IMG/VR virus record: IMGVR_UViG_3300004369_000019
Location: 1 to 55,604 of that record
DNA length: 55,604 nt
Reading direction: 5' to 3' (one strand)
From: a virus
Taxonomy: Duplodnaviria > Caudoviricetes
Shown: positions 48,201 through 55,169 of the stretch, piece after piece
Layout of the letters: each line of letters starts with the position of its first letter
How positions within the stretch are numbered: position 1 is the first letter of the stretch
The notes under the pieces: model-generated
Database searches by the model: none
What the model saw: only the letters and a program-made list of their open reading frames with translations
Told to the model about the DNA's origin: nothing
Translations under genes and position numbers: made by a program

Positions 48201-49197
48201 AATCAACAGTAATTGTACTGGATCCAATTGAAACAGATTCTAAAGTTTGTGTTTGTGAATGTAAGCTAAATTCTCCAAATACTGTTCCTTGTGTACTTAA
48301 ATCTCTGTTATATCCATAATCTAAGCTAATAACATAATAATCATTTCCATTTTTTTCAATATTCTTTACTCCTACAACTGTTCCATAAGATGTCGGAATA
48401 TCTCCATCTTTTTCTTGATATAATACCCTATTTAAAATTTGACTTGGATCTCCTGATATCTCTTCAACTACTAAGTCTAAAGTTTTTCTATAGTCAGCAG
48501 ATGATGGCTTGATTAAGAAATCTCTTGGTCTTATTATTTTTGCAGTAGTTCCATACAGAGCTTTAAATAAAATATTGAAAGAATCATCTCCACCCTTAGT
48601 GCTATAAAAATCTTTTATTTGTTTAATAAAAAGACTTCTATTTAATTTTTCTGTAAAAGTTACATCTTCAAATCCAGGAGCAAATTGAATTTTTAGTTTA
48701 GTAAAAAATTCATCAAGCAATAAAGCATTTAAATTATTTACTAAAGCTCCAGAAAGATGATCATCAATTGTCGTTTCTGAGAATTCTAAAACATCAGTTT
48801 TATCAAAAACAGTATAACTAGTAACTCCACTAAAACCTCTAATACATTCTTCAAAAGAAGTTTCAGTTTTAGATTTATAGTAAATTATCTCATCATCTAT
48901 TTTTAACATCCCATTTTCAAAAGGATATCCTTTTGTAGATGTTACATAAACAACATCATCAAAAGCACCCAGATCTTGTGTTAATTCTGTTGTGCTAATA
49001 GAATCAGCTACAAAATCTAACCTTGTGTATGAATCTGGATTTGTTAATAAATCATATGCTTGTCCAGGATTTTCTAGATACTCGTAGTATTGTTGTAGAA
49101 ACTCAACAAAAAAAGGATAATCTTCTCTCGCAAATAGAGGTAACTGACTCTCTACTATGGAGGATAATTTGACTTTGTTGCGAGAACTTCCGTGCAT
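36223..49197 (-). CDS. gp7: Baseplate wedge initiator, giant cyanophage type (4324 aa)
   Basis: Between gp6 and gp8. KLSSIVESQLP.F.REDYP.FVEFLQQYY; IKQIKDFYSTKG; HSPIIGWAYDG.PIYGPYG; IHDSDYYQ.FSYSI.S. Confidence 0.85.
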   Translation of the reverse strand: MHGSSRNKVKLSSIVESQLPLFAREDYPFFVEFLQQYYEYLENPGQAYDLLTNPDSYTRLDFVADSISTTELTQDLGAFDDVVYVTSTKGYPFENGMLKIDDEIIYYKSKTETSFEECIRGFSGVTSYTVFDKTDVLEFSETTIDDHLSGALVNNLNALLLDEFFTKLKIQFAPGFEDVTFTEKLNRSLFIKQIKDFYSTKGGDDSFNILFKALYGTTAKIIRPRDFLIKPSSADYRKTLDLVVEEISGDPSQILNRVLYQEKDGDIPTSYGTVVGVKNIEKNGNDYYVISLDYGYNRDLSTQGTVFGEFSLHSQTQTLESVSIGSSTITVDSTVGFAAEGELLVLFNGDEDAGIQDTFMLVNYNGVNLNQFLNVTGVTKPIESGWTIGVNSYVYSYDNEEKEVRMRVSGVLGEIKEIRSSSFSEIGDYAKVWTLGKETDDIRTTEWMYNHAISNRVFELSDEGNLNYSITTYDKCRINGGESVLVNCDVRNLDGSLERIEKVFEVFSGPTPDNSFRIINDREIVEAYYVKRFITKAKNTEFIANVQNTYVDLENSVYVATNSLPNYFNDDLELNYRDVIIKGTFVNSTIITSNKHGFYTGDAVWYDSSFSEENTLDLVGYYFIFKIDDDSFRLSKSRSNLESQFFVTFNGFADFAKLVRISNIGASNQQLKLSPQYAIRKIRDQKNYTIDEVDYEILPQERVGIFKNGVEIISYKSKDACFYGEIEEVVVNSGGEGYDVINPPELSVIDSSGSNFSGNVCVRGLLQRVNVTYPGIDYIKIDSIIISGGNPTKAAEVEPILQSVNHVVTFRSDLSTKVSLSDGSIISENPHNFRDDDEVIYSSQGQTALGGLVDGNVYYINPINTTKFTLHESPFDAAAGINTVGITTRGVGNHIFTSTAPKFSLRRVEITQPGEGYRNNVVTVTSSGISTSAYSISKSNHLFNNGDEVVYQYTGSEPIAGLSTSSTYYVIKTTDNSFSLYEKNTDLSLGGSDYYAKLGRIVELGSAPSGYHIFKDVPITIEINGILDVSRKVENTAKAKIDPIFRGEVIRVDVVDGGSNYGSENVINSERQPNYSILTGDGAVLNPIIFDGRLENVVVVSGGTNYNATPDIELFQLNEQGNRFRTSSAEISPIVSGGKISGVYINGKGNNYGSNPSVVINSPGVGAQLQFKIKKWTFDQVARLIDEQSITSDDGYLVRSIDKDFEMQYTHIYPPRKLRNLCYAKKFEEGVQKYRTDLNNDFASDPYHSPIIGWAYDGSPIYGPYGYDTPEGGQVRRMTSGYELEEQDNRPNFKLGLFINDYQFRGNGDLDRNNGRFCITPEFPNGVYAYFMTIGEIVQAEGQFSQNKLPAFPYIVGDDFEYTPILFNYNTAKDTNQVEFDFQEYGCRRNVTPYNLKQWYSGYEYLIQPNQFDAHFSKITDLSAGSVDDIDVLDSGDNYKVKDPISFVDNVGTGGTGAVAFVSEIKGKTITSLAVTETYIPVAQGYQVANGKTIIFCEQEHGLTNDNFVDVVGVSTASAIAVDTQAAVIVENKIFTLTRDIADAATTGPVIYFPIKENNVSVYPNDIFIINDEKMKILNIDKKNSRLRVLREHDGTVGSAHSLENKATILPTHFKISLNLGDFSTVNREIYFNPEETVGIGTTAGTGITTNLYFNNPGSGATYLNIPTRALYFPGHGIQTNDELIYYSNTGDPLAVSTTGIGSTHLSDGQSLFAVRLTKDLIGISTNEIGISTITKPGYDQSYVGVAGTDIDVDLLYFVGLGTGENHSFKTAFEFMPLEVSKSRVTVSTAETHGMEVGDKFRIFIRPGGVEEFDVYYNDATKRTLVNQVFIPSAGINTSTNEITVEDHGFEDGDKVLVQFTDTPDLLKDKFYFTEYVSRNKFNLYEYYDQAVGLGTTTIISNLGNTIRFSTAGNVFLRTVHPKLKVNRDKTIRFNLGDSSLSYVDGTTQLTAFDFKIYTDSSYQNEYITDQFGNFVVKQTGRIGVDNDAKVEITVNGLTPRFLYYVLSPKEVKGISELKSGSIVDSYRVQNPGQIEITEQGLSGGHVVVSTSTSSFVYDSPRSYPGITSFTSTDSSLNYVTRSINATGPIHDVYVANGGFGYKSIVGIVTVATETGSGAKVRIVTDSIGGKKVFKTEDVGWDYPTDVTLKPTAKLPDVLILDQKLSFDTITRETSGINYTVAPDLIVKDTASNKVLTDLILKYELSGSVFIVKNTNELSNNTPQIIPTNNSNGFSIKSLTFDNSTKIATLTFKTSFSAGFDFPFEVGKKVLIEGCASKTLGSSGRSFNSSDFEYSLYKITEIDPNFGGSLGSIKFDMSPVVGSVETLGEYDDISATGIVVPEVYFPTFVVKTKRNEFIPGEIITGRTTGSKGEVQRYDSGSEVLKYFGQQTFELNEDVEGAKSGTVGKINDIQLTELYYDIRSSAIITKEWTDTKGFLNYNEYKIHDSDYYQHFSYSIQSTVSENIWEDEVGRLNHLVGWKRFSDYSIESRDLSYTGISTSQDGGDFVSVADFSRVVNTNCVYDFDIVVDETTLIGSKRFSTGMVFNSRELQDFNKSVGNRVLIIDDISDQFNSEPRSDRFSVIDNFKLADSRARKYIVFSRDSRFTGERQVYIVTTIHDDNNFYVNQYGRVETVGDLGSFDFSIFEDEGQFKFYPNKYLVNDYDLSFVTYNIDDYTSGIGSTVFGNVATVYLENSSVSSGATTTIATIPLDYRSSKLLVQVEDSTQVYEFDEISVIHDGSDVTIQDYGQLTTTLTEYSTDGIGTYNAYIDGSNIKVDLIPNVLLNADVNVMRVSLASSESGFTTPGETNMSTTLIESTFTSIASTESTGGNIIASYDNGITGINDYSSGYYIVSIDDNTNQKYQLSEVVVASTATTAYYTEFGQLFTDSEVGIVTAGVAGTVTNIYFTAGSSIDAEVRVYAHHIGIRDLSNDVTEINLTNGEILTGNSEYIGTQNEIKRDFELFHKGNPIFQKEFDGSNIAITSVTENTIELPQHFFVTGEEVIYSYDSTNEPIGIATTTIPGIGSTDKLPSSLFIIKEDELLVKVAASATDALALRPTPLDIISVGVGSEHYITAKNQNPKSLVTIDNMIQSPIVSTATTTSLLNGFTTVEDVLTIVSEPEKFFTGDFLQINDEIVRVTIVGYGGSDNDIYVQRAVLGTKLANHGQYDLMTKIIGNYNIVDNTISFADAPYGKTPVGLPDNRPDQRDYTGITTFSRFSGRTFMRNADVDTTNDPYYKNYVFDGIEDQFTGIQSSFELKVGGQSIDGISASNAIITVNDLFQSPKVDQSNVDIEGNYTLEESGGSTNIIFDESEYDREDDIIIKGLPVGGRIVSVGSTKGFGYQSLVSAAGTATVSSAGTISAINISNVGGGYRTGIQTNIEVYIREETVESSSKVAIGTALVTRGRVTGVAVTNSDVFYVPRDISTVGHTTTTGLTTVTTSTAHGLSVGNEVVLSGVGEIINSPIIEYLSVRAVNSGTEFEVNTGVTTDSYSYSSGGKVEKYFTVDFDDPLPYDNLATTYSTTSIGDTGGRAAKVSVVVGEGSSVTDFEIKNVGYGYEINNVLTVSVGGTDGIPYMYHGRFADAGNLLAYNRQFLIKEAVGYATATYPSLLSNPDYDETKCERDTGYIVDALANDLFFGGNFNSVAAGNKYWNGPLNYVTGETTETIATYDYLAGISTYVINNQILPVSYQGIAVSVTQYTDTTIDYDTDCSPSYSVDCCSDVASSIYNLVGIITTIIGDGSAYAPVIESPSAEPTLTLPTTLDFNEFNFYITKTETDQFTGWTIGDLDVIDDISDQFNGEKTRFAIKFNGVRTSIKAGKGSLIDVQATLLVFINDVLQVPGEAYLFPGGSTIRFTEAPALGDSCKILFYKGTGDIDVEFVDILETVSAGDLLTMLSDEPDLDQTDRSVKEVTSTDSVDTFLYGGVGISDDPFIERSVNWCRATSDAIIDGQEITKDRDIYEASILPLTTLIYDVGAASTQIWIEGVKTFFDNQKENTTDLYVSTVDIIDQDDTSEALATASVTAGIVTQITVTNTGSGYFKIPTISIGKPVEDGGDQATASAAIASGQLTTITVSAGGTGYDDNHPPAVLISPPTPRSETVFRVDYAGDFGEVIGVGTTTIGAGSSQGLVFEFSIPENSPLKDESIVGSGNTIIYSGIGTGDYFVIRDSIIGISGAGLTSIETDGSDLVDGKDYIDNVYQVHDIATDIPIIVLSDDFIASLTRYGSYSIGFGVSTTVADDATLIIDTNTKVVTVVETYESLGITSFLSRQTFGTFSWGRLDNIVRPYPEVYNIKRDNGVTGINTSPMLRRKNPLKSLNYNV
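37970..38454 (-). other. Phycobiliprotein-like domain inserted in gp7
   Basis: RFADAGNLLAYNRQFLIKEAVGYATATYPSL...TKCERDTGYIVDALANDLFFGG (C3623)...YVINNQ...DCCSDVASSIYNLVGII (C3721/C3722). Confidence 0.72.
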
Positions 49198-49235
49198 TGC
49201 TTTATCTTATCGTTGTTTGAATCTCTTTTTTTGAA

Positions 49236-51155
49236 TTAATTACGAATTAAATCATTTTCAAAATCAGCATAACTAGAACTTCTAATATATGTAGACCCGG
49301 AAAGATCAGTCCCTGACGAAATTTTATCTATAATTCCTGTAACAATGCTTTTTGAGACATCTAACTGTAAATATAAATCTTGCAGTCCTATCACATCATT
49401 AGATTCTGGTGCGGCAGATATTTCAATAACAGGAGTGTCATTAAAAAGTGTTTTAGTTGTACTTTCTATATCAATATTATAAAGAATTATTTCTCCTTTA
49501 ACATAATCAATAGTTCCAACTTCTCTTGCAATTTGAGTCTCTGTTTTTCCTAGTAATCTAAACACGACAACTTTTCCATTTACTCCATCATCAGAAGGGA
49601 TATCCCCAAGATAAACTGTCCCCTCAATTCCATCAACAGAAAATCCACTAGATCTAATATTATAATTTCCAGATTCATGCAAAATTCTTATTGGATTTCC
49701 AAAACAAATTTCATAAGTTGCAACAGAATTTAATGTAGTTACAATATCTCTCCTCATCTGAACATTTGTTATATTTGATGTAATTGATCTATGACTATTA
49801 TCAATTATATTAAGTAATTTACTATATTTAAATCTAGATCCTGGTCCATTCATTTCCGCAGATTTTGAGTACGCATTTAAACTATCTGTAACCAAACTTT
49901 GTACAGCAGCTGCTGAAGAAACTTTATTTGAATCAAAGTAAGCTGATGTTTCTACTTCAATGTATAAAAACTTCATATCAACCAATTGAATATCAACACC
50001 AACAACAGCATATGATCTTAAATTAGTAATTAAATTTCTTTTATCCAAATCAGTCAAAAATTGACTATACTTTGGTTTTATTGCTAGAAAAACTCTACCA
50101 AATTGTGGAGGATTCATAGTCTCTCCACCATAAGCAGAAACAATCTCAGCTTCTGGATAGACTGTAGGAACTATTGCTTCCCAATCTGCTGTTGTTACTG
50201 CTCTATTTTGCGCTGCATATATTCTTGGTGCATATTTTTTAATTGAATCTATAGATTCAATTTCTTCACCAAATCTTGAAGATGCTACTGTTTCTATAGG
50301 ACTTATTCCAGTAGTAACTCTATCGCCATTGTTATCTTCTAATTTTCCAGTAAAAGTAAATCCTCTTACTCCATTACCAGCAACTCCTTTACTAATAACA
50401 TAACTTACATCAACTACGTTTCCTGGTTCTAGAGATTTACCAAAAATATTATCACCAAATATTAATTCATATCTTTGATCCTGAACTTCTTGAATAAAGA
50501 AAATATTTGCATTTTCTTTTGCTTCAAATAAATTATTGATTAATCTAAATTTATCTCCACCAACTAATGTGGCGTTTTTCCTAACCCTAACTTCTAAAGT
50601 AGATGTATCAACACCACTATTTTCTAAAATAATTCTCGGATCTCTAACTTCTGGATTATATACATGAGACTCTGATACTAATACTCCCTCTACTACTTCA
50701 ATATCCGCAAATAATGCAGTATTTCCAACAACAGGTACGGTAACGTCATCCTTAACAACAAAAGTATATGTTCCTTGACCAGAAGAACTAGATGATATAA
50801 CACATAATCCTTTATGAAGTTTAATAGTTACTGGTTTAATTTCACTTTCTTTATACTGAACAACAAATGAGATAGTTGCTCTTGCACCTTTTTTAGATCT
50901 TGGTACATAACCAATATTTCTTGCTAACGAAACTACATTCTCTCTTAGAGTAGCACTATCAATAAACACCTCATTGCTAACCATGTTAGCATTGAAAGAT
51001 GCAATATATGTATTGTATGCAAGAGTGTCTATTAAGACTGAAAGGTTTGATCCCTCAAAGTCGTAATCAGTAAAAGTAGAATTGGCTTTTAAATGATCAA
51101 TGATGGACTTTTTAATGTCCGCATAATCTAAATTTGAAAAGTTAACTAACGACAT
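49236..51155 (-). CDS. gp6: Baseplate wedge subunit
   Basis: LDYADIKKS...FTDYDFEGSNLSVLIDTLAYNTY...EVFIDSATLRENVVSLAR.IGYVPRS; QNRAVT..D. Confidence 0.95.
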   Translation of the reverse strand: MSLVNFSNLDYADIKKSIIDHLKANSTFTDYDFEGSNLSVLIDTLAYNTYIASFNANMVSNEVFIDSATLRENVVSLARNIGYVPRSKKGARATISFVVQYKESEIKPVTIKLHKGLCVISSSSSGQGTYTFVVKDDVTVPVVGNTALFADIEVVEGVLVSESHVYNPEVRDPRIILENSGVDTSTLEVRVRKNATLVGGDKFRLINNLFEAKENANIFFIQEVQDQRYELIFGDNIFGKSLEPGNVVDVSYVISKGVAGNGVRGFTFTGKLEDNNGDRVTTGISPIETVASSRFGEEIESIDSIKKYAPRIYAAQNRAVTTADWEAIVPTVYPEAEIVSAYGGETMNPPQFGRVFLAIKPKYSQFLTDLDKRNLITNLRSYAVVGVDIQLVDMKFLYIEVETSAYFDSNKVSSAAAVQSLVTDSLNAYSKSAEMNGPGSRFKYSKLLNIIDNSHRSITSNITNVQMRRDIVTTLNSVATYEICFGNPIRILHESGNYNIRSSGFSVDGIEGTVYLGDIPSDDGVNGKVVVFRLLGKTETQIAREVGTIDYVKGEIILYNIDIESTTKTLFNDTPVIEISAAPESNDVIGLQDLYLQLDVSKSIVTGIIDKISSGTDLSGSTYIRSSSYADFENDLIRN

Positions 51156-51156
51156 T

Positions 51157-51567
51157 TTATCTTAGTGGTTGGAATACAAACTCTAATGTTTCTATATCTG
51201 GACTAATTCCAATTATTCTGTATGTTATCTTAATATCTACCGAATTTGAATCATATGGACTTGCATTAACTACTACATCATCCAACTCTACTCTTGGTTC
51301 AAACTCCTTAATAGTTTGTTTTATCTCTGAACGTATAACTTCTCTGGAGTTTTCATCCAAAGAATTTGTAAATAATAATGCATTAACTCCACAACCAATA
51401 TCTGGTTCAAAAAATCTCTCTCCGCGTATTGTGGAGACTAAATTCCTAACAGCCCTTGATATTGCACGAGAATTTGATAAAGAAACACAGTCACCCGTTG
51501 TGGGATTTTTAACAAATGAAAGGCTAATATCTTTAAATTGCTTGGAAGTAACCAGTTCTAAAGGCAT
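51157..51567 (-). CDS. gp25: Baseplate wedge subunit / sheath initiator
   Basis: FKDISLSF..NP; AVRNLVST.RGERFFEPDIG; FEPRV. Confidence 0.93.
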   Translation of the reverse strand: MPLELVTSKQFKDISLSFVKNPTTGDCVSLSNSRAISRAVRNLVSTIRGERFFEPDIGCGVNALLFTNSLDENSREVIRSEIKQTIKEFEPRVELDDVVVNASPYDSNSVDIKITYRIIGISPDIETLEFVFQPLR

Positions 51568-51588
51568 TAATTTATATCATAATATGTT

Positions 51589-51595
51589 TATTTAT
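51589..51595 (-). promoter_or_regulatory. Late promoter ATAAATA
   Basis: Intergenic, 22 nt upstream of gp25. Confidence 0.65.
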
Positions 51596-51603
51596 TACCA
51601 ATT

Positions 51604-51765
51604 TCACTCATAAAGTGTTTCTGGTTCACTATCATTAGTGAAAATTTCACTCTCTTTGCGAACTTTTGTTTTTTTAGGATCCGAATCATCGTTAAGGATC
51701 TCACGAATTAGTTTTTCGTCTTGCTTTGCAGCTAAATTATCCAAAAAATCGTTTTCAAATAGCAT
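51604..51765 (-). CDS. Small acidic hypothetical protein (53 aa)
   Basis: Not in the track. AGGAGG RBS, then MLFENDFLDNLAAKQDEKLIREILNDDSDPKK...TLYE*; ATAAATA at 51783-51789. Confidence 0.7.
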   Translation of the reverse strand: MLFENDFLDNLAAKQDEKLIREILNDDSDPKKTKVRKESEIFTNDSEPETLYE

Positions 51766-51785
51766 ATTTCCTCCTTTTTTTGTAT

Positions 51786-52541
51786 TTATTGGGTATCAAG
51801 ATGACGACCCTCTTGTGATTTATACATATCTATTGGATTTTCTTCTTCTTTGACTGTGTACCAGTCGTAGTCAGCGATTGTTGGTTCTTCTTTTTTACGT
51901 TCTTTTGCTGTTTTCCAAAAATATTCGTCCTCTCGACCCATACCAAGTCGATCAAAACCGTTCTCAACACTATATTCTATGGTTGAAACCTTGAAATCAG
52001 GCATTTTTGGTTCTTCTGGAGTCAATGAGTTGTCGAAAATGCGTAATCTATTGTTTGGATATAGTGCATATTGACCATTATTGAGTTGAATTAGGTTATG
52101 TGACTTATGTTCTGCTGGATTTTCACTTGTAGCATAATCAATTACATCAGGATCTTGATGATAGTTGTCTATTGTACAGATATAAGTACCTTTTTGAATT
52201 CCATGATCGCGGGTATAGCATTCAAAATCCATACTTCCAATGAATTGCTTAGTGACTGCTACGACCCCATAATCCATACAATTCCAGAATTGGAGGTTAG
52301 GTAGCGACATATCAGGTTCGGGCGCTTCCGGGCGATTTAAGAAGGCACTGATGGGCAATTTGTCGTACATTGCCGCATATTCTGGTAGATAAGTTTCAAA
52401 GTAAAATGCTCTTCCTGGTATACTCTTACAACTAACCCATACACCCTTTACATATTCCCCATGACCGCTCTGATGATCTGTTAAGTATTCTTTTCGGACC
52501 CATACTTCAACAGATGGTAAATTACAAATCAAAGCAGCCAT
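51786..52541 (-). CDS. Conserved cyanophage hypothetical protein
   Basis: 251 aa; NLPSVEVWVRKEYL.DHQ.GHGE...LQFWNC...EHKS...GQYALYPNNR. Confidence 0.75.
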   Translation of the reverse strand: MAALICNLPSVEVWVRKEYLTDHQSGHGEYVKGVWVSCKSIPGRAFYFETYLPEYAAMYDKLPISAFLNRPEAPEPDMSLPNLQFWNCMDYGVVAVTKQFIGSMDFECYTRDHGIQKGTYICTIDNYHQDPDVIDYATSENPAEHKSHNLIQLNNGQYALYPNNRLRIFDNSLTPEEPKMPDFKVSTIEYSVENGFDRLGMGREDEYFWKTAKERKKEEPTIADYDWYTVKEEENPIDMYKSQEGRHLDTQ

Positions 52542-52576
52542 AGTGAGACTTTCCGGTGAGTTTCCGGATATTTATT

Positions 52577-52599
52577 AAAAAAGCGCCCCGAAGGACGCT
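52577..52599 (-). terminator. Rho-independent terminator with UUCG tetraloop
   Basis: Minus strand AGCGTCC-TTCG-GGGCGCT-TTTTT, immediately followed by an ATAAATA late promoter (52569-52575). Confidence 0.85.
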
Positions 52600-52606
52600 C
52601 TGAATA

Positions 52607-52747
52607 TTATTTACCTTGACCTCTATAAGGTTTCCGCTTGTTATTGCGAGAAGTAGCGGCATACTTTGTATGTTCTCCATCACCTTGCCGAGTCTTCTTA
52701 GGAGTTGTTTCAATGATGTCTTTGTTTGCGTTAAACCGTACAGCCAT
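52607..52747 (-). CDS. Small basic protein (46 aa)
   Basis: Not in the track. MAVRFNANKDIIETTPKKTRQGDGEHTKYAATSRNNKRKPYRGQGK*; ends just before the terminator. Confidence 0.75.
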   Translation of the reverse strand: MAVRFNANKDIIETTPKKTRQGDGEHTKYAATSRNNKRKPYRGQGK

Positions 52748-52749
52748 GA

Positions 52750-52911
52750 TTAATCTTCAAATAGTGGATCTAATTTAATGAGAGTGGGATCGAGTGAAGC
52801 AGCAGGGTCTTCATAATATGCATCCGCATATAATTGCATTAACTCTGCTGCCGACTCTGGGGAAATTCTCTCTTGTAAAAGTTTTTCCCCATAGTACACA
52901 TTATACAACAT
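52750..52911 (-). CDS. Small hypothetical protein (53 aa)
   Basis: Not in the track. TGATG coupling to the glycosyltransferase stop; MLYNVYYGEKLLQERISPESAAELMQLYADAYY...LFED*. Confidence 0.7.
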   Translation of the reverse strand: MLYNVYYGEKLLQERISPESAAELMQLYADAYYEDPAASLDPTLIKLDPLFED

Positions 52912-53690
52912 CAGATGACTCTTATCTTCTCATGTCCAACACGAATTCGTGGATCACACCAAATCTCAAATCCTTCTTCCTTTGCATCAAGACAGAATGA
53001 AACATCTTCTCCACACATATCTTGTACTGCACCAGACTCAAAGACTTGCATCTTAGGAGCAAACCAAGGATACTCCAGACTTTCAAATACTCCCTTCTTA
53101 ATAAGTACCCAACCAAAACCAGTGTAATCTACAGTAAATGGTTTCTTACGCTTCGACATTGTTTCAATGGTTTCATGATTCATCACACCACCATTGTTAC
53201 GGAAATCATCTTCTTCCAACCAATGTGCAACAGATGAAGTTTTACCATCTTCAGTCAAATACCAACCAGCAACAACTTCCTTCTCATCACCTTCTGCAGG
53301 TAATGCAAGATCACACAATTGCCAGAACTTTTCAGTGTTGAATACAATATCACTATCAATCCACAACTGATAATCGTAAGGGAGTTTACCATCCCAAGGA
53401 ATCTGCTTAGGACCACGAAGAACATTTGCACCGAGTACTTTACAACGTGCAAAGTTAACCATTGAACTATAGTCTTGACTGATCTGAATACTCAGACCAC
53501 TCTGTACTAGATCAAAACATAGTTGTACAAATGATTTCAAAAATGTATATGAGCATCCACGTCCAGGAAGACAAAATACAATTGTCTTCCCTCGCATTCT
53601 TTCTTTAATTGCTTGATAGTCCCATTCGGGACCTGCTGCTTTTTTTGCCACCCTTGGCGTTGCAGCTTTTACAGTAAATCCTTTAGCCAT
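52911..53690 (-). CDS. GT-A fold (family 2-like) glycosyltransferase
   Basis: IVFCLPG; SMVNFARC; LWIDSD (DxD); YTGFGWVLIK.GVFE; GEDVSFC; IWCDP.I.VGH. Confidence 0.85.
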   Translation of the reverse strand: MAKGFTVKAATPRVAKKAAGPEWDYQAIKERMRGKTIVFCLPGRGCSYTFLKSFVQLCFDLVQSGLSIQISQDYSSMVNFARCKVLGANVLRGPKQIPWDGKLPYDYQLWIDSDIVFNTEKFWQLCDLALPAEGDEKEVVAGWYLTEDGKTSSVAHWLEEDDFRNNGGVMNHETIETMSKRKKPFTVDYTGFGWVLIKKGVFESLEYPWFAPKMQVFESGAVQDMCGEDVSFCLDAKEEGFEIWCDPRIRVGHEKIRVI

Positions 53691-53725
53691 AAGAGAATAA
53701 AAACCTCAAATCAATTCTAACGTCT

Positions 53726-53732
53726 TATTTAG
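53726..53732 (-). promoter_or_regulatory. Late promoter CTAAATA
   Basis: Intergenic, upstream of the glycosyltransferase. Confidence 0.6.
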
Positions 53733-53738
53733 TGTAAG

Positions 53739-53927
53739 TCAATAACTCGCTTCCTCATATTGAGGAACCGTAACCTCTTCATATGAAAGATCTTTAATAG
53801 TATAGTCCGATTTCATTAATCCAACAAGGGCATATACTGTATTCCATGTTGTCTTGAATTCTTCCTCACTAATACAACTCATAATACATTGCTTCTTTGC
53901 ATAAATGTGAAAAACCTTTTCGTTCAT
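53739..53927 (-). CDS. Conserved hypothetical protein (62 aa)
   Basis: FHIYAK..C....ISEEEF..TW.....VGLM.....DLSYEEV. Confidence 0.7.
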   Translation of the reverse strand: MNEKVFHIYAKKQCIMSCISEEEFKTTWNTVYALVGLMKSDYTIKDLSYEEVTVPQYEEASY

Positions 53928-54158
53928 TTTTTTACTCCGGAAATTTTTTAACTATTGGGGTCTTCAAGACACATTATATATCACACATTCCTTTTAGTCA
54001 ATTTTTATACCAAAAAATTTTTTTATGGATTCGTTATCTCTCTCTCGTTTTTGGTTCGTTGTAGGTTGGGGTAGTTAGGCGTTTTTAGCTAAGGGCGGCA
54101 ATTCTTTACATTTAAGACCCATAATTAACTGTCCTAAGTGTTAACGAATACGAATAAT

Positions 54159-54187
54159 AAAAAAGGAGACTGTTAGACAGTCCCCTT
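54159..54187 (-). terminator. Rho-independent terminator
   Basis: Minus strand AAGGGGACTG-TCTAA-CAGTCTCCTT-TTTT, 10 nt after the stop at 54197. Confidence 0.8.
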
Positions 54188-54196
54188 ATTCGTGTC

Positions 54197-54943
54197 TCAA
54201 TAACTGATAACCTCAGCGTTACAATCATTCAAAAGATTTTTAACTTTGTCCTGCTGCAATTTCATAACTACAGAAGAATTAGCGTTTGCTTTGCTGTTAC
54301 CGAGAAAAGCATTGATTCCATTATTCGATGTTACTCTCAGGCGCAATCCACAATCGACAACATTACCCTCAGCGGTAACAAAGTAGATAGAGCGAGAAGA
54401 TTTACCGCCGCCCTGAAGAACAATAGAAGCGCGATTGTTCAGAAGATTGATAACAGGGTGCTGCGCTACTTTGAACTTATAGAGGTTGCGATTCTCGGTG
54501 TCGTTGATAATAACGTCCATGTCCTTATGTGAATCAAACTCCTTAAGGAGGATGTCTCTCAGGTCATCATAATCGATGCTATCTAATGCTAACTCACAGA
54601 GTGCATTAAAGCTATCGCGCATCTTCAAAATGAACTCTTCGTCGCAGCGAATTGATGTAGGTAACTGCCGCAACTCCTGCATGTTAGATAGGAAGTGTTT
54701 GAAGGTATCACCTAGAGCAGCATTATGTGCTGTAGTGTTAAACCAATCAAACGATCCGTTGTTGATACCTTTCTTACGCTTAATGCTGATTTTGTTATGA
54801 CCAGCAACGGCATCTTCTTTTAACTTAGTGCCGCCGCGCTTCTCTACAGTTTCACTATAGAGATTGAGGTCGTTAAGTAATGCTACTGTGTTGCCCTCGT
54901 TAGCAACACCGTCGCGATGAACTTGGCCAGTTGTGTTGTACAT
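54197..54943 (-). CDS. Hypothetical protein, possible PD-(D/E)xK restriction-like endonuclease
   Basis: Likely ATG at 54943. GVANE helix, then KEDAV...KISIKRK fits an E...D...SxK nuclease pattern; weak. Confidence 0.5.
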   Translation of the reverse strand: MYNTTGQVHRDGVANEGNTVALLNDLNLYSETVEKRGGTKLKEDAVAGHNKISIKRKKGINNGSFDWFNTTAHNAALGDTFKHFLSNMQELRQLPTSIRCDEEFILKMRDSFNALCELALDSIDYDDLRDILLKEFDSHKDMDVIINDTENRNLYKFKVAQHPVINLLNNRASIVLQGGGKSSRSIYFVTAEGNVVDCGLRLRVTSNNGINAFLGNSKANANSSVVMKLQQDKVKNLLNDCNAEVISY

Positions 54944-55013
54944 AGTGATCGACACTGAATAAAGAGAATTGAGGGAGGTTAGGGGAACCTCAGTTTAGAC
55001 GCATACCTGAGAA

Positions 55014-55169
55014 TTAGGAAGGGTTTGCATAGAACAGGTTGTGAATCTTAGCACGGATGCTATACACATCCTCTTTATCATAATCATCATTATCGAGTGC
55101 ATTTCCGATAAAGTTGTATATCATGTCCCACTCAGTTTCTGTAAAGAATGTTTGCATAGTTGAGGTCAT
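55014..55169 (-). CDS. Small acidic early-type protein (51 aa)
   Basis: Not in the track. GGAG RBS; MTSTMQTFFTETEWDMIYNFIGNALDNDDY...FYANPS*. Confidence 0.65.
   Translation of the reverse strand: MTSTMQTFFTETEWDMIYNFIGNALDNDDYDKEDVYSIRAKIHNLFYANPS

Noticed and set aside
52545-52568. TTTCCGG direct repeat in a leader
   Set aside because: Only 7 bp in two copies; not distinguishable from chance.
52522-52713. 63-aa track ORF
   Set aside because: It runs through the UUCG terminator. The alternative frame 52607-52747 ends right before the terminator and is the better gene.
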